Numbered from the stretch's first letter, positions 13,498 to 27,600 are shown. The stretch: 64,000 nucleotides of DNA from Iphione sp. A-MEVVRFRX5 (GCA_976226885.1 OZ320321.1:55800001-55864000); one strand, 5' to 3'. A program made the numbers and translations. Notes: a model not told the origin generated them from the sequence alone.

Positions 13498-13853
13498 GAA
13501 GATTCTTGGTTACATGATGTGAGTCGCTGTTTTACTCTAAAGTTATGGCTTACCGGCAGAAGATTCTTCATTACATGATGTTAGCCGCTGTATTACTGTA
13601 AAGTTATGGCTTACCGGCAGAAGATTCTTCGTTACATGATGTTAGCTGCTGTATTACTGTAAAGTTATGGCTTACTGGCAGAAGATTCTTTGTTACATGA
13701 TGTGAATCGCTGTTTTACTCTAAAGTTATGGCTTACCAACTGAAGATTCGTCATTACATGATGTGAATCGCTGTAATACTGTAAAGTTATGGCTTATCAG
13801 CAGAAGATTCTTGGTTACATGATGTAAATTGCTGTATTTCTGTAAAGTTATGG
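13498..13853. repeat. Minisatellite, 61-bp unit x ~6 (gaagattctt..ttacatgatgt...cgctgt.ttact.taaagttatggcttac..gca)
   Basis: Units start at 13498, 13559, 13620, 13681, 13742 and 13803 (exact 61-bp period), with scattered substitutions and a truncated last unit. Confidence 0.95.
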
Positions 13854-16484
13854 TCTGAAGGAAGTTAATATGAAGCAACTTGCACCTATCAGTCCAGTGT
13901 AAGGTATCATACCCTGAAAAAGTATTTCCGTAACGTTGATACGATCATTCTCTGTTTAGTATTTGAGTAATCTACAATGGAAATTGTACTTTCCTCGTCT
14001 TCCGAGTGATATTTACGTAAAATATGTTGTTGTTACTATTTACTGTAATTATGCTTCCTTTACAATGTGTACTATTTGTTGATCTGAAATATGTTTCTGG
14101 CAGTCGAACCATGTCAATAATTTTCTTAATTTTCAATTTCTACTATCATTTTTCATCTATTTCACGTATTAACAGTCATGTATTAACAAGTTGTTATGGT
14201 CTCTCTGCTGTTTTGTTGTCCTACAAGACTGGTTGTATTCTTGAAGAGAGACCTGTTTTTATTTGCCATGACACTGTTACCGAATTACCAAAATACCAGC
14301 AATTGGGCAGGTAAAACAAACCTACCTTATGGCGTGCCTTTCATATATATATACTAGTCATCCAGTCATCGGTTAATTCAGGCCGGACGCGTCGATGTAG
14401 ATGTTGCATTTCGAAAGCTTGAAATGTTTCCTTAATTTCCACAGACGCAGTGCATTCGTTTTTATGTGCAGTCTACTTAAAACTTACTGCTTGTCTCATT
14501 TCAAAAAGAAGACAAAGTAATGCCCTTCTCTGGTAGGTTGTGAGTAAATGTGAACTTGTGATAGGCACATCCTTAAAGTGCCTTTTGAAGGACCTTAGTT
14601 GGAATAGATATATTGATACCATTCCAGTTGTGTCTGCGTCATGACTTCTTTGGACTCATATTTCTGTGTGACGGTACTCCCAAGGGTGTTGTATTTGCTT
14701 ACGTGATGTTTTTTTCCCCGTGGAGTTTGTTTTCTCGATGTAATTTGATTACATGCTTTACTGTTTGGATGTTTAAACTAACACGCTGTACAGCTTCGGT
14801 AACGTTCAAAATAGGTTGTAATAATACCAAAAACAAGTCTTCCGATGCGCCACTTACGTTAGACGGGAATTAAAGGTTGTCGTATATTTTTTGAGCTGAT
14901 TCTTCGTGGTTATACATATATGTTTATATTTGTGTATTTTTGGACAGCCGTATGATTGACGGAGAGTTTGTTTGCTCCTCACGAGGAGCTGGTATTGAAA
15001 AGTCCTAAGGAGCAAAGACAAGCATATCCTTGCATGAGGGTTGGCCGTTGTTGTGCCCATTGTTTCATGTTAAAAGCATGTATAGTTTCACATCAGAGTG
15101 AAACTGCCTAGCGATACATACATTTGAATGTTACCAAACTTCCAAGATTACAAAGTAATCATATACATGTATATTTGAACGTGACAGAAAGTACCTTGGC
15201 CTGAACCTACCTTAGGCACAATACACAATGCACCCGTGAGGAAAGCTGCCCCAGGTTTAGCGTTCAGTTTCGGTTAAAGGGGTGGCTTAGAGATAGGGTT
15301 AGTGACATTATGTGCAGCAGATGAAGATTGTCTGTGATGCAGGTCACATTATCGAGTTATAGCTGCTTGTATACTTCTTTTACTTCGCCTAGGGTGTGGT
15401 GTTTTCCGCGATGTGTTTTCTCGTGTGTCTTTGTACATTAACTATGACAAGGAAGTCATTGCTTTTGGTGGGCTTCGTGTTACTAAGGGTTTACTGCCAA
15501 AAGAGCCGTGGAAGTAGTAGCATGGTCCCTTTGATCTTGTTTCTTCTTCGTTTTAAAACTTTTTACTTAGTTATCTTAGAGGTAGTCTCTTCCCCCATTA
15601 CCTGATATAGAGGACACACTACCTTCCACTAGTATCCTCGTGATGAGCGGTCTAGGACAGGGTGGGGGGATGGGGGGTAGGAGGATGGGAGGGAGGACAT
15701 GGAATGGAAGTGGTCCTATGACCCTTACGCTTGGTTGGCCCTTTGTGTGTATTTGCTGCAGGTTCCATCTGGTGGAAATGTGTGAGATGAAATTCACAGC
15801 AGGATGATCCCAATCCATCTAGGTAAGGTAAAAACCGCATCAGAAACCAAATCATTCACATATTTTGTATTGCTCTCCATCTGTCTGTCTGTGTCTGTCG
15901 GTTTGTCTGCGTGTATGTCTCTTTCCCCTCCTGTTCCTTTCTCTAGTCCCAGATAAGCTACCTCCGCTGCATCTCTGATTGGAAACAGTTGACTAACCTC
16001 TCTTTACTGCTGGAAGCTAAGTTCTTGAGAATTTCAGGGAAATAGAGCATATTAAAACAGTTTCATTGAAATCTGTGGTCCCAAAGGTTGTTGCTATTTC
16101 AAGAAACACATGTTGAGGATGGGCTAGAGTTTTGATATCGCTCATAATTTTCTGAAACAGTAGTGTGCGTGTCACCACTGCATCCTGCTTTAGAAGCTAT
16201 GAGATTATTGTATATTTATATATATTTAAGGCCGTAGAGATGCTGGTCCCACAGTCCCATTTTCTACCTGTAGCTTAAGAATATTCTTTAACTAGATTCT
16301 GATCGTGCATCAAAAGTTTTATTTGAGATTATTTAAATATACGTGTCCGCTGTAGATTAGATGTGTGCTTCAAGGATGAGACTGGCCCACACGCCGCGTC
16401 AGTTAGTCATCAGAAAAGGGTGTCCACCGAGCCAGGATCGAAACGCGTGCATTGCAGATCTGATCTGGGGTGTTATGGCTATGG

Positions 16485-16588
16485 TGCTGCCATCTAGTGC
16501 CTTCCTGTAGGACTACAAGGGAACCTCAGTTTAGCGTCAGCGACTTAACCACCATAGCGATAAGCGTATTAGTGGTGACATCTGCTGG
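16485..16588 (-). promoter_or_regulatory. Two same-orientation CTCF-like motifs (GCACTAGATGGCAGCA at 16485-16500; CCAGCAGATGTCAC at 16575-16588)
   Basis: Visual match to the CTCF core CCAC(C/T)AG(A/G)(T/G)GGC(A/G). They lie between MFSD6L and the 3' end of the receptor locus. Motif match only. Confidence 0.25.
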
Positions 16589-19500
16589 TTGTCAAATTAT
16601 AACTGACGAGGTGTAAACCGATAATTGTCCAGTGCCTTTTTGCTCTGCCTATTCAATAAATTGGCTTCAAAGAACACCGATAGTTGTATTTTCATTATTT
16701 TTATACACGTCTTCGTTGGTATAAATGGCAACGGTAATTGTAGTTTTGTTTTCTTTTTAAATCTGAGCCATTTTGCTTCGTTCACATATTTGTACGTAAG
16801 TCACACGGGAGAGGCCGAAACGACTTGTCTAAATGAAATTCTGTATCGTTAGGATATCACTGGGGATGCTGTAGTGGATGTATAAAGAATGCGGCAAGCT
16901 GATGGTGTCGGACATCAGGGCATAAACCGACCCGAGCTGTATCTCGCTCCTTGACTACAAATTAGAATAAGTCGGGTCAGTAGTTCTTCATTAATGATTA
17001 AGATTAGTGTCAGAGAATCGGATGGGATTACATGGGTGGATTCCGTAGATGTCAGTTCCACACTGTCTATTTATCATACTCTAAGGATCCTCAAACTGTC
17101 ATGGCAGAAGTTGAGCATTAGAATCGCTCGTGTCCCTGTGAGCTTGTCCCACGTCTGTATATGCCTGCTCCGATATCACAGGAGTCCATATTCCTTTTTA
17201 TGGAGTGCGGACTCCCCATGTTGCTGGAGAAGGAAATCAGATGGGAATCATTCCTCGCATGGAAAATGAGTCGAAATGTGTTGTTAAACACACACGTTAC
17301 CCCTCTGTTTGAGATAACGTAGCGTGTACATTGTAAAGTTTGAAACATTTATGTCATGTGATGAGTGTTTTCAACGCTCACCAGCATTATGAACTGCTAG
17401 CATTAAGTGATGCTCACTGAAGCTGGCTGCTTCTAGTTAACTCAGACACGTATTCTATATGGTATGGATTTCTATAGATTCAGTCTAATATTGTTATCGT
17501 AATATTTCTGTTTCAGGAGATTCTAGTTGAGTATAGTATATTTGCAGTACACACGTATTACTTTAACCGTGTCCCCACATTTATAGCTTTCTTCTATTTT
17601 CTAATGAAACGTTTAATGCACTAGATATTTGCCAAACAGATTCTGGCATCATTTCTCTTCCCATCAAAATACATGTATATAAAGGAGATGTTTTTTTTTC
17701 AAAGGATTCATCAAACTACCAACTGATATTAACGTTAGCCAGGCCCCTACCAATATGAGATATCTAATTATAGGCCTGTATTCCCAGTCGGTAATCTGGT
17801 TGTCGGAATGGGCCAATCAGGTTCGATGTTACCTAATGGGAAGCAAGAGATGACGAAGCCCAATCGCTGGCGAGGTCACATTGATCTGAAGCGACCTCTA
17901 GCCGAAGAAGGGCGTGATAGTTATAAGGCTTTACTTCCGGTAGTAGGTTCACTTGCATTACCCCTCCTCGACCGACAATATTTTAAGATACTATATGGTC
18001 GTTAATACATAATTAGTATAATTAATTTCCGTATGTTGCCGTACCCTTCAGTGAAGTGACGTGTGCCTGTGTATTTTATATTTGTACACGTAGTTTAAAT
18101 GCAGTTCTTTTTTTTCAGAATCCTAGAAGAAGTGGGTGATCTGCCTCGATAGAAAGCAATTTTGATGAGGTTCACATTATAATAAGGCCTGTATTCAAAG
18201 TTTATCAAACAGTATTTTATTAATACACAGGAAAGGTGCGAAAAGGCACCATACATAGATTGTGACAGTGCATCTGTTATTTTCTTAATACGTATATATG
18301 ATACAACAAGGCTCCCTTCACCGTGCCTGGAACTATTGGCATGCCTGTATGACTTCAAGCTTGTAACTCATGAAACGTTCAAAATACCTATATCATAACA
18401 ATTAAATTCAAAAATGGAAGTTGCAGGATACAAACAAAAACAGTCCAGTAACGCTATAGAATTTTGAAGGTCTTGAGAAATTTACAACATAAGCCTGTAT
18501 AACACAGGCCGCGATGGTTAGTATCTTAGTAAAACTTTGGAAGCTAATAACATGGTAGCAATATATATAGCAGTTACACTAGTACTGTCTAAAACAAATC
18601 CAGCGAATACTCATATATGGAGCATGATATGTATTTGTAAGTTCTAGATATCGTTTCTCTTTTGAAGGAACAGTCTAACGTTGTAGAGTGCATTGAGCTG
18701 CCCCTAGTCTCATGCCTCTCTCAGTATTGAGCCCATTGTATGCTTGGTTAGCCGACAAACCTGTGCAGATTAGAATTCACCCATAGAGACGGGGCTATAT
18801 GATTTGGACACAAACCGATAGGTTTCTATGTATGTTATGTTCTACAGGTGAGACTGTCGCAGTATGGATAACCGGTGTTTTTGTTTCTCTCTCTCTTTCC
18901 TCTCGTTCCTCCGGTGGAACCTGGGCTTTCCTTCTGGGTTTAAGTGCTGGGAACACACAGAGGCGTGGCGCCCCATCGACCCGAGTTATCCTGCCGCGAG
19001 GAAAGGGCGTGCCGACCCATGCGCCGGTCGGCGCCCTAAGTTGGCTTTGGTCGTTTGCCAGTAAGGGCCAAGGCGGGAGGTGACAACAATATTGGGTGCC
19101 GTCCTTTAAAAAAAATCGCTGGGCGCCTCCAATTTATAAACACACACACGCAGGAACACACCGACACACGCTCCCACGTCGACGTTCACGCGCGCAGACG
19201 CAGACACTCGCGCACACCTGCCCGCCTGCGTCACACACATGCAAATCCCATTGGCCGAGCGCATCTGAAACAATATTTTCCTGCCTGTGACAAAGGCGCT
19301 AGCTTGGGATATGCGGGGTATGAAATTTAGCGTGTTGAAATTCGGAAAGAAACGTTTAAAACAACTTCTTGGAACATGCAGACCAAAAACCACGTGACCT
19401 GATAATGGTACATATACGTATATATTATATACACAAAAGGAATGGGTAAAGCGTATGTACACGTCAAACACACATGCGTAGGAATTGGTTATAATTTAAG

Positions 19501-20632
19501 CTGGGGTCTCACGATTTCTGAACGAAACTCGCATCCAGAAATTTAACTGAAGTGATCTCGGTTATGGATCCAAGTTGGCTCATTGATATATTTTTTTGGT
19601 CGCACTATCGGAAGTTTCAACATGGCAGAAGTCCCTATGATAACAAATACCATCCAACAAAATATACTGTTTCCAAAGCAGCGACACTTTTGATTTGTAT
19701 TCGAGCTTATTTTTTTTAACTATATGGAACAACCGATTTCTTACGATAATGGTCATACATATTTCTGCCCTCATTTGAAGTGAAAATCCCCTTGTTCTCA
19801 AATAGCTTCTAGGACTAAATCTAAAAAACGCACGTGAGCAAATTGAGCTACATTTTAGTTCTTACAGCACGAGTAACTCGGTGGCTAACAATACTTGTCG
19901 CTATAACCTACTCGTGATTGGAGTATTTCCCAGGTACTGACCAGTTTTGTCACTGACATCCTGCAGCAAATTCGAAAAGAGTGAACATTATGAACATAAA
20001 TGAAATAAGAATAACGTGAAACACATAGAATTTCACTCTTCTCGTCAACACACAATATGATATCGCTTTTGCACACTTCTTAATAAGGATATTTACAAGG
20101 ATGACACGTATACATGTATAATTATGGTATATAGCGGTATACGAAGGACATACATACGGGGACTGGTGTCGGATCACGTGCCTCTCATATGATCATCCAG
20201 TAACTAGTGACGCCTCCTTCAAGCTGTGCGTGCTTACAAAGGAACCTCCTTTCCGTATTTATACCACAACAGAAATCCATTATCCGAACTTGGTGCATAA
20301 TAAACGTCCGTCTCATACATTCTTGGTTGAGGTCTGTACGCATGTGTGATGAACAGGTGTGAGGCTTTCATTGAGTCGATGTATAACGGTGAGGGACCAT
20401 TTAAGGTTTAATTGACGTTTTTTTATGGACTCGTGGTGCACTGTGCAAAAATACAGGATGATTATCCCGGAAAACAAAATACTTCCGAAGCAGATGTTAT
20501 TGGCAAACGTTTGGCCACCTGGGCGTTTCAGAGAGAGTGGCAGATCACTGTGTAATAGGTCTCTGTTGATTCTTAGTGCCAGATTTGTGCTTTTTTACTG
20601 AGCAGTGTTGGATGGATGAGCACTCGTCTTTC

Positions 20633-20638
20633 TTTATT
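20633..20638 (-). terminator. Candidate poly(A) signal (AATAAA) for nAChR module A
   Basis: First AATAAA I could find on the - strand after the module A stop codon, ~640 nt downstream. Confidence 0.35.
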
Positions 20639-21279
20639 CGAAGTGTGTGGCTTTGAGCTTAGGCCCTGGTGTTAGACGTTTCATGCTCAAACATGACCCT
20701 GGGAATAACATTCATATGCATTCTGTTTTCATTATGGGGCATTGCGTCACTATACAGACAAGTTGTGAGGTCCTCTAGGTATTTAAGTAGACCACTAAAG
20801 CTATGCAACCTTCGTTCAAAGATCTGACTAGCAGGACCATTCGGCGTACTGTATTACTTTACTAAGTATATATTCAAAAATGAAAGGAAAAGGATTATCA
20901 CATAGCAGTGCTTATGCTTATACATATGAAACTACACTGGCAGGGCACTGCTTAGAATATGCTCCAAGAGTATCAGGGCGGCATTTTGACTCCGAAGGCA
21001 AACCAAAGGGGTTGACAACACATCTTTCTGTTTAACTGCAATACATTCTTGGCACACTAAACGTCTTCCCATCCTCCCCAATAACGGCTAACATCAGTTG
21101 TCGCAGGGACTCACGTAAAAACCGGACGTAGGCCTTGTAGTGTGTTGTTGGAGACTCCATCACGTAGCGAGCGGCCCCTCGGATCCGCAACAGAGAACAA
21201 CAGAACGACCGACAGTGTTACTTGTCGCGCGTCTGTGGGGGTGTCCTGGCCACTGCCCACCTCACCAAGCTAAATTACC

Positions 21280-21735
21280 TTAACCCTTCGGGAAAATGGT
21301 ACAAAGGGCTATAATAATGATGACCAGATAGGCACAGAAGAAAAGCCTATCCAGGACGAGAGCGACGATTCGCCACTCCATCATCACCTTGGCGATGGCG
21401 TCCTTCTCTTGTAGACGGGCCATAAAGGATCGCAGGGCCCTGCGGATCTCCTTCACCTCGCTCTCCATGGCCACGTCGTGGATAGGAGAGCGGTCGGGGG
21501 TCTGGTAACGGGCCTGTACAGGGCTGTCCGCCCGGTGGTTGTTCGCCGACGGAGGCTCCCACTTGTTATAGGGGAGAATGGGGGATTTGATCTTGAGCCG
21601 CTGCTTCTCCTTGCCGGACTTTCGCCGAGAGTCTATGCTAATGGTGTGGTGCTCCATCCGACGCTCCCCCTCCTTGCTAAACTTGGGAAAGTCACCACGC
21701 ATGAACACAAAGCGCGCCAAACCATCTATAAAAAC
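21280..21735 (-). CDS. nAChR module A, terminal exon (M3-M4 cytoplasmic loop, MA helix, M4; VFIDGLARFVFM...EWRIVALVLDRLFFCAYLVIIIIALCTIFPKG*)
   Basis: Acceptor ttcag, phase 0; 456 nt to TAA. Contains the EWRxVAxVxDR M4-preceding motif of nAChRs. Confidence 0.93.
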   Translation of the reverse strand, partial: VFIDGLARFVFMRGDFPKFSKEGERRMEHHTISIDSRRKSGKEKQRLKIKSPILPYNKWEPPSANNHRADSPVQARYQTPDRSPIHDVAMESEVKEIRRALRSFMARLQEKDAIAKVMMEWRIVALVLDRLFFCAYLVIIIIALCTIFPKG

Positions 21736-21983
21736 CTGAAATATTCACAAAAACACAGGCCAGTTTTAGACTTCAGCCACATGAACATGTTATATTTGAA
21801 AGTCACGATCCGAGAATTCGAAATTTGTGTATTTCCCTCGGATTACACTGGCCAAAGCAAAGTTCCCACCCCACCGCCAAGAAAGTTGATTGAAAACTGA
21901 TAGTTGAAAAGAAACACTTTGCTTTAAATAACCGACTTCGATTCTAGGTCCACCACAACGAACTGCAGACTGGTGATGCGTAC

Positions 21984-22102
21984 CTTTTTCATACACATTG
22001 GTACTCGTGTGCGCTTGTCCCCCCGGAAGTAGAGATTGATAACGACGACCGACAGGAAGGTGGATAGAGTTATGATAACCATGTTGAGCCCAAAGTAGGC
22101 AC
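21984..22102 (-). CDS. nAChR module A, M3 exon (GAYFGLNMVIITLSTFLSVVVINLYFRGDKRTRVPMCMKK)
   Basis: tttgtag acceptor and AAG|gtacgc donor; 119 nt, the same length and phases as the module B M3 exon. Confidence 0.93.
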
Positions 22103-23042
22103 CTACAAATTGATGGAAAGTCAGTTTGCATAGGGGCAGGATCTGAGCACTTATTATAAAACATCAGTCCAGCACATAAAAGCACAAGTTAGTTCCTGTT
22201 TAATCTTAAGATTACACATGTACTGTCTTTGTAAAATTTGGCCTTGCTGTCCCATAACAAAGTCACCTGAAATTAGACACATTCCCTAGGTAAAATCACG
22301 GCCGAGTTGTGAGAGGATCGAACAAGACGTCACAGCTGGCTGGTTCCACAGCTTAACACATCTACACCACCGACTAACGACGGAGCATACTTAAATAGAA
22401 GTACACATTATGTTCCACCAAGATTACGATATGATATATCTCAATGTTCGGACACTCTATGTTTGTTTTAGTTCTTCCACACACACGGGATGACAGAATG
22501 GCTTCATTTCTTGAGAGGATCTAATCGGCAGCATGCTAAAGGGAGGAGTCGTCTTTACAAGTCTACCTGCGTAGGGTGTATATCAGGTAACAATTATGTT
22601 AAACTGTTAAAAGAAATCTCATGAAATGCCCTTAAAATGGCAAGATACTGAGTAAGTCCCCGTGAGCCTCTCAGACTTCTCGTTAGGTGAAGTCGGTCAA
22701 CTCTGAGCACTGTGCATATTTCTCGTGTGAGGGTATCTTTTTCGGTCAAATACATGTACATATTTTTTTTAAAGAACATGCAGAAACACTCCATCGACAA
22801 TTTATATAGGTTTAAACAGTGCAATCATCCTGCATAAAAATCAAAGGTGATCCAAATAACAACGCGGTTTCCTCACATGGTTGATATTCCTGAAACTGAC
22901 AGTAATACCCTAGAAGAATTAAGCATTTCCGCTTCCGCCAGACAATAGCAGAAGCGTACGGTTTTAAAGATCCAATACCATTATGCGACTAACGTTTTTT
23001 TCCGTTTTAAACTGGCAGAAGCCCATTGAGAGTATAACTCAC

Positions 23043-23129
23043 CTATTAGAGGCACAGAAGATGATGCCGGTGGGGTTGAGTCTGATAAGATTCGCAGCAA
23101 CAGAAAGAATGCTACGAAAATGTTCATAC
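23043..23129 (-). CDS. nAChR module A, M2 pore exon (GMNIFVAFFLLLRILSDSTPPASSSVPLIG)
   Basis: tatgcag acceptor and TAG|gtgagt donor; 87 nt, phase 1/1. Confidence 0.93.
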
Positions 23130-23512
23130 CTGCATAAAAGTCATAACGAAGAAGAGACTCCGAGTTAAGGGGCGTCCGCATGTCCGTAACAGTCCATGCT
23201 ATAGGGTGATTGCAGCAACCGAGATTCATCATAGCCATAACATTTGAAATAGGGTTAACTGTTATGTACTATATAGTGACTTATTACATTTTATTGAAAC
23301 AGGATACAGAAGAACATGGAAATGTTTATGTTTACGTTAAAGAGAGGCGCTGATACTTATTGACAGTGACTATATGCTGGGATAAGTTCAGTGAAATGTC
23401 ATAGGATAATTCACTGTAAAATATTCAGATGCAGCATTCATATTAAACATTGTACTCTTGCTCTTGTCGTTAGAGCTATATAATCAAATGACTGTACACT
23501 GGAATTGCTCAC

Positions 23513-23967
23513 CTAGGATCATCTTAGCGGACGACTCTGGAGGTAGCCAGAATATGACTAGCGTGATGGAGGAAAGAAGAACACAGGGCAAGATGAGGAT
23601 ATAGCTGTAGAAGGCCCCCATCCTCTTGACCTTCATTGTGAAGGTTAGGTCAATATAGGGCTCATCACAACAGGGGTACCTCTTGACGTTCCTGACAGCT
23701 GGGTGTTCAACCAACACCCACTCGTTGCTCTCGATATAATCATTGACGTCCACCTGATCCAGGCCATCATAAAAGTTCAGATCCACTTTGTATCCATCGT
23801 AAGTCCAAGATCCGAATTTCATGTGGCACGTTTGCTCATCAAAAGGAAAGTGTGTGATGTCGATGCTACAGGTACTCTTGTAGATGCCCATAGGGATCCA
23901 GAGAACCTGGCCGTCTTTGTCGACCACAGCTAGTGCTTCGCGCTTCTCGGTTAAACGAATGTCAGCA
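23513..23967 (-). CDS. nAChR module A, Cys-loop/loop B/loop C/M1 exon (CSIDITHFPFDEQTC; FGSWTYDG; YPCCDEPY; ...LPPESSAKMILG)
   Basis: gtacag acceptor and TAG|gtgagc donor; 455 nt, identical in size to the module B exon. Vicinal CC in loop C marks an alpha-type subunit. Confidence 0.95.
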
Positions 23968-24563
23968 CTGTACACAAGAAAGGCATATAGTGACTTGTCA
24001 CAGTTTTCAGAACAGCCACTGGACAAAGATGGTACATGTAGATGCAAAGCAAATTCTGGTGTGAAATAGAGAACTAAGGAAATGGCTTCCGTGAGGTAAA
24101 TAAGACACAGGGCCAGGCAACCTGGCATTACAAAATACGACAACTTTCTTTCACTGCCAAATGATTGAATGCTGAAATTGTTTTTTGGAACACAGACGTT
24201 AGAAAATGCGACAATCTCTCTTTGAGTGCCAAGCCGTGAGACATACACTTTTTGCACATGAGATAAATCAGAATAATTGATCCTATCGCTGGTAGGTCTG
24301 CAGCTAGGAAAGATACACGGATCTGCGTAGCAATCAGGACATCCTATCTTTCCTTGAGGGAAACCATACATTTAACGTCACAGAGAAGTTTCTGTCAACA
24401 TTTGGTGAAGATATAATCAAGAACACTTTTAGGGCGGACAGTGCATAAGCCTCCCAGCGATAGGTAAAATATATTCTACCACAGCCTTCTAAGTACAAGT
24501 ATCAATATCTGAGACTTCGTTATTGATACCTTATACATGTAGTTGCGTTCTCATCGTACTTAC

Positions 24564-24673
24564 TAGTTATAGAGAACTATATCTGGCGTCCAAATATGAT
24601 CGGACGGCACCCGTACATGATCCACTCCTCCAAAGTCTTCAGGATTCCAACGAAGGAGGATGTCGTTCCATGT
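24564..24673 (-). CDS. nAChR module A, first exon of the module ([37 protein letters not shown])
   Basis: ctttcttag acceptor (phase 0) and CTA|gtaagt donor; 110 nt; loop A WxPDIVLYN motif. Not in the ORF track and was found by reading the - strand. Confidence 0.93.
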
Positions 24674-27600
24674 CTAAGAAAGAGAGATACACATGTGTTG
24701 CTGACATATCCTTTCCATTCAGCCTGGATAGGAATGAGGAGAAAATCACGCCGAACATAGATGTGGAATGCTGTATTTGTCCGATATACTTTGTGGCGCA
24801 TGTGTAGATCAATTAACGCTAATTCCAAATTACGTCCTATTTAATGGAATATGGAACTGAATTATATAATGGGCTGTAATGTACTTTTCTCCAGAAACAC
24901 ACCATTGCCCTTTACAGGCTTCTGCGAGGATTGAATTGAAATTCGCACGAAGTCTAGTTTCGTGTTACTTTCATTGAAAATTGCACTGCGCCTAATGTGG
25001 AAAGACTTAACACTAATCAAGTCCCATGTAAGTTGACTTAAAATGAATGATACAGGCATAGTTACATATACAAGCGCGGAGCCAGTCCTCCTTGTCTCGC
25101 CAAATGGCATCATTAAGAATGTATGTTCGCTCGGCGTGCCCCTGTTGCCTTAGTTAAGGCCAACTTACCCATTACTCGTGTTTCCACACGAGTTGCCAAC
25201 TAGGTTTTCTTATGTCATGCTCTGAATATAGCAGTCGACGAGGAACATTCTGCTGTTACCAATTTCCATCCACCAGTGCAAAGTTAGTCCTTTCAGATCC
25301 AGATGTTTGACAGCAATGGCGTCTGCGTTCTTGTCACCGCTCCAGTACCGCCTCCGGAAGATGATTTCCATGGGGGAAAAACCACCGTTCATAATCTTTC
25401 ATGGCTGATACACTCTCACACACACCACAGCACATTCTCGTTGTACGACACATCACCCTTACGATGGTGAATTTTATTTTCCCATCGTTGATATACTTCA
25501 AGAAAGAAGAAGACACTCAATATTTTACTCAAATGTTTATTCCTCCTTATTGAGCAATGACTTACAGCGGCCTTATTATAAAGGTACATACAAAAGCAGG
25601 GCAACAAGATATAGTTGTACATCAAGGTAGCCTATAACGCCATGATCCTACTCCAACTCTAATCCCATGCCATACACCGAGGAATTATTTTTGTAACCAT
25701 GACAAACACGCTCTTAGCTTTAATTAAGAACAGTATCACGTGTTTTTCAATGCCATTAGCAAAGTGGAGGTTCTTCCCATCGCCGCCCTTCAGTTTCCCT
25801 CCTACACCATTGCCCACGAGTCTGTTCTAGAAAAGACAAGTTTTGGGGGGAACGAACTCGGTGTGAAGTGAGGGGTGCGGGACAGGGTTAACACCGCCCT
25901 GTGTCCTGTCAGGACATTCGAACCTTACCCTAAACTGATGACAAGGGTGGTGCTAACCTGAGGAGACCATTCTGGGGGTGGATATTGTCTCTAAAACAGA
26001 GGGATAGCCTGTCGGTTTGCACGAAACCACAATCAGCGATTTCCATATACTGGGCCAGATGACGCTAAATCATCCAGACAAAGGTAAAGCCTTGATATCA
26101 ATGTAAACACTGCGGCTCCTTTCCGTTCCCAAATAACCCTACCTTTAAAAAAAAGGTTTATTTCACAACAGATCCCCGCTAACCCTAGATAGAAACCTTC
26201 TCATGTTTTATGGTGGAGGGGGCGGGTATGATAAATGTATAGAGGATCAGACTCCTCGCTAAGGTAGGGGGAAACAGAGATTACCACTCTGGAACAAAGC
26301 TATAGGGTAGAATATTGCTAGTACGGCATCTGATATGTATTCACATGGAGGTTAGAGGCGTTGCTAGAATAAAGGTACCGGCCTCAACATTAACAGAATC
26401 AAAGCCATCGTCCCTACAATGATAACGTCAGTTAAAACACTGATACCCCTTACGTCTGTCTATTGAGGAAATGTACAAACACCAGCAAACACTGGGCATT
26501 TATTGGGCCTCAAATAACAGGGTCCTAACTCGTCGATATTTAGGCACAGCTATCGCTGTTTGTACAATATTGGTCTCGTTACTGGGATGAACTGTAAAGG
26601 CAACATATTTACTCCCCTCAGAATCTTCGTCGTTGCAATCTGCCCTAGAGGTCCGGTCCTTAAGATGAAAATTAATAGGTCTTAAGAACAAAGATATAAG
26701 GACAATGACGTTAAATATTACGGGAAGACCTCACGCTGTTATAACTAAGCTAGTTATTTATGTATATTTTAACAAAAACACATGGCGGTTCCCTTCAGAC
26801 ATGGATTTCCACCGGTCATTCATTGGGTTGCTCCCCCCCCCCTTTGCTCGGACAATTTTGACTGAGTGGCTATGAGATGATACAGATTTTGTGCATGAAT
26901 CGCTCCTGGTATATACTGTCAATCTGTCAAGGATAGGAAAGGTGTTAGAACTATCATATACGTGTACTGACAGAACGCCGCCAGCCGGTAATACGGCAGC
27001 TGTTAAATGGCAGGAAGACCAGTTAAACAAAAGTTAGAAGGAATCCCCTGACTTTTATCATAAGACACATTTTCATATTCGTTCGGAAATCTAAATAACG
27101 GGTAATTCATTTTTACACTAGTATTACCTCTTAAGAACATTTTGACAATAACTGGTAAATACTAAACAACAGCAATGCGATACACACGTTCAAATGATGC
27201 TGATAGTAGACAATCAATTTTTCTCTTTCGGTTATCCAAACGTGTCTCGTTTAAGTTTATTACGATGCACTGCTGTCTGATGGTGCATGGTGCACAAGAG
27301 AGATTAGTACATTACATGTATGAAATTTCTATATAATGTTCTTAGGTAACAATCAAAGGCTTACTGACAAAGCAGGAAGCCCATGAAACGGTCTTAATGA
27401 TGAGAGGGACCAACGTTTTAACAATGACCCAAACCATGTGACATCTGTAGTATACACGTACATATACTTCTAATGAGCTATAGGCACATCAGAGGAACAC
27501 GGATGTTATTTTTTTTCGGAGAAAAGCTATTAGAACAAGTGGAAAACGACCCAGATAAATCATTACAAGGAATACAAAAGCGGCCTACATAGCCGATAGT

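Noticed and set aside
13498-13853. Regularly spaced repeats as a possible CRISPR array
   Set aside because: Whole 61-bp units repeat with no unique spacers, there are no cas genes, and the context is eukaryotic.
22821-22845. tcatcctgcataaaaatca resembles the module A M2 acceptor junction (tcatacctgcataaaagtca), suggesting a decayed second M2 exon
   Set aside because: The similarity does not extend into the would-be exon and no M2-like translation exists in any frame.
23968-24371. N-terminal 135 aa of ORF 23484..24371, and similar extensions of ORFs 30707..31372, 41276..41617 and 22981..23238
   Set aside because: These are intronic read-through beyond clear splice sites and have no receptor similarity.
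25290-25330. PLLSNIWI on the - strand as another possible loop-D remnant; also the nearby gtaagt donor at 25163-25168
   Set aside because: A stop follows immediately with no donor, and the phase-0 frame of the nearby donor has TAA just before it.
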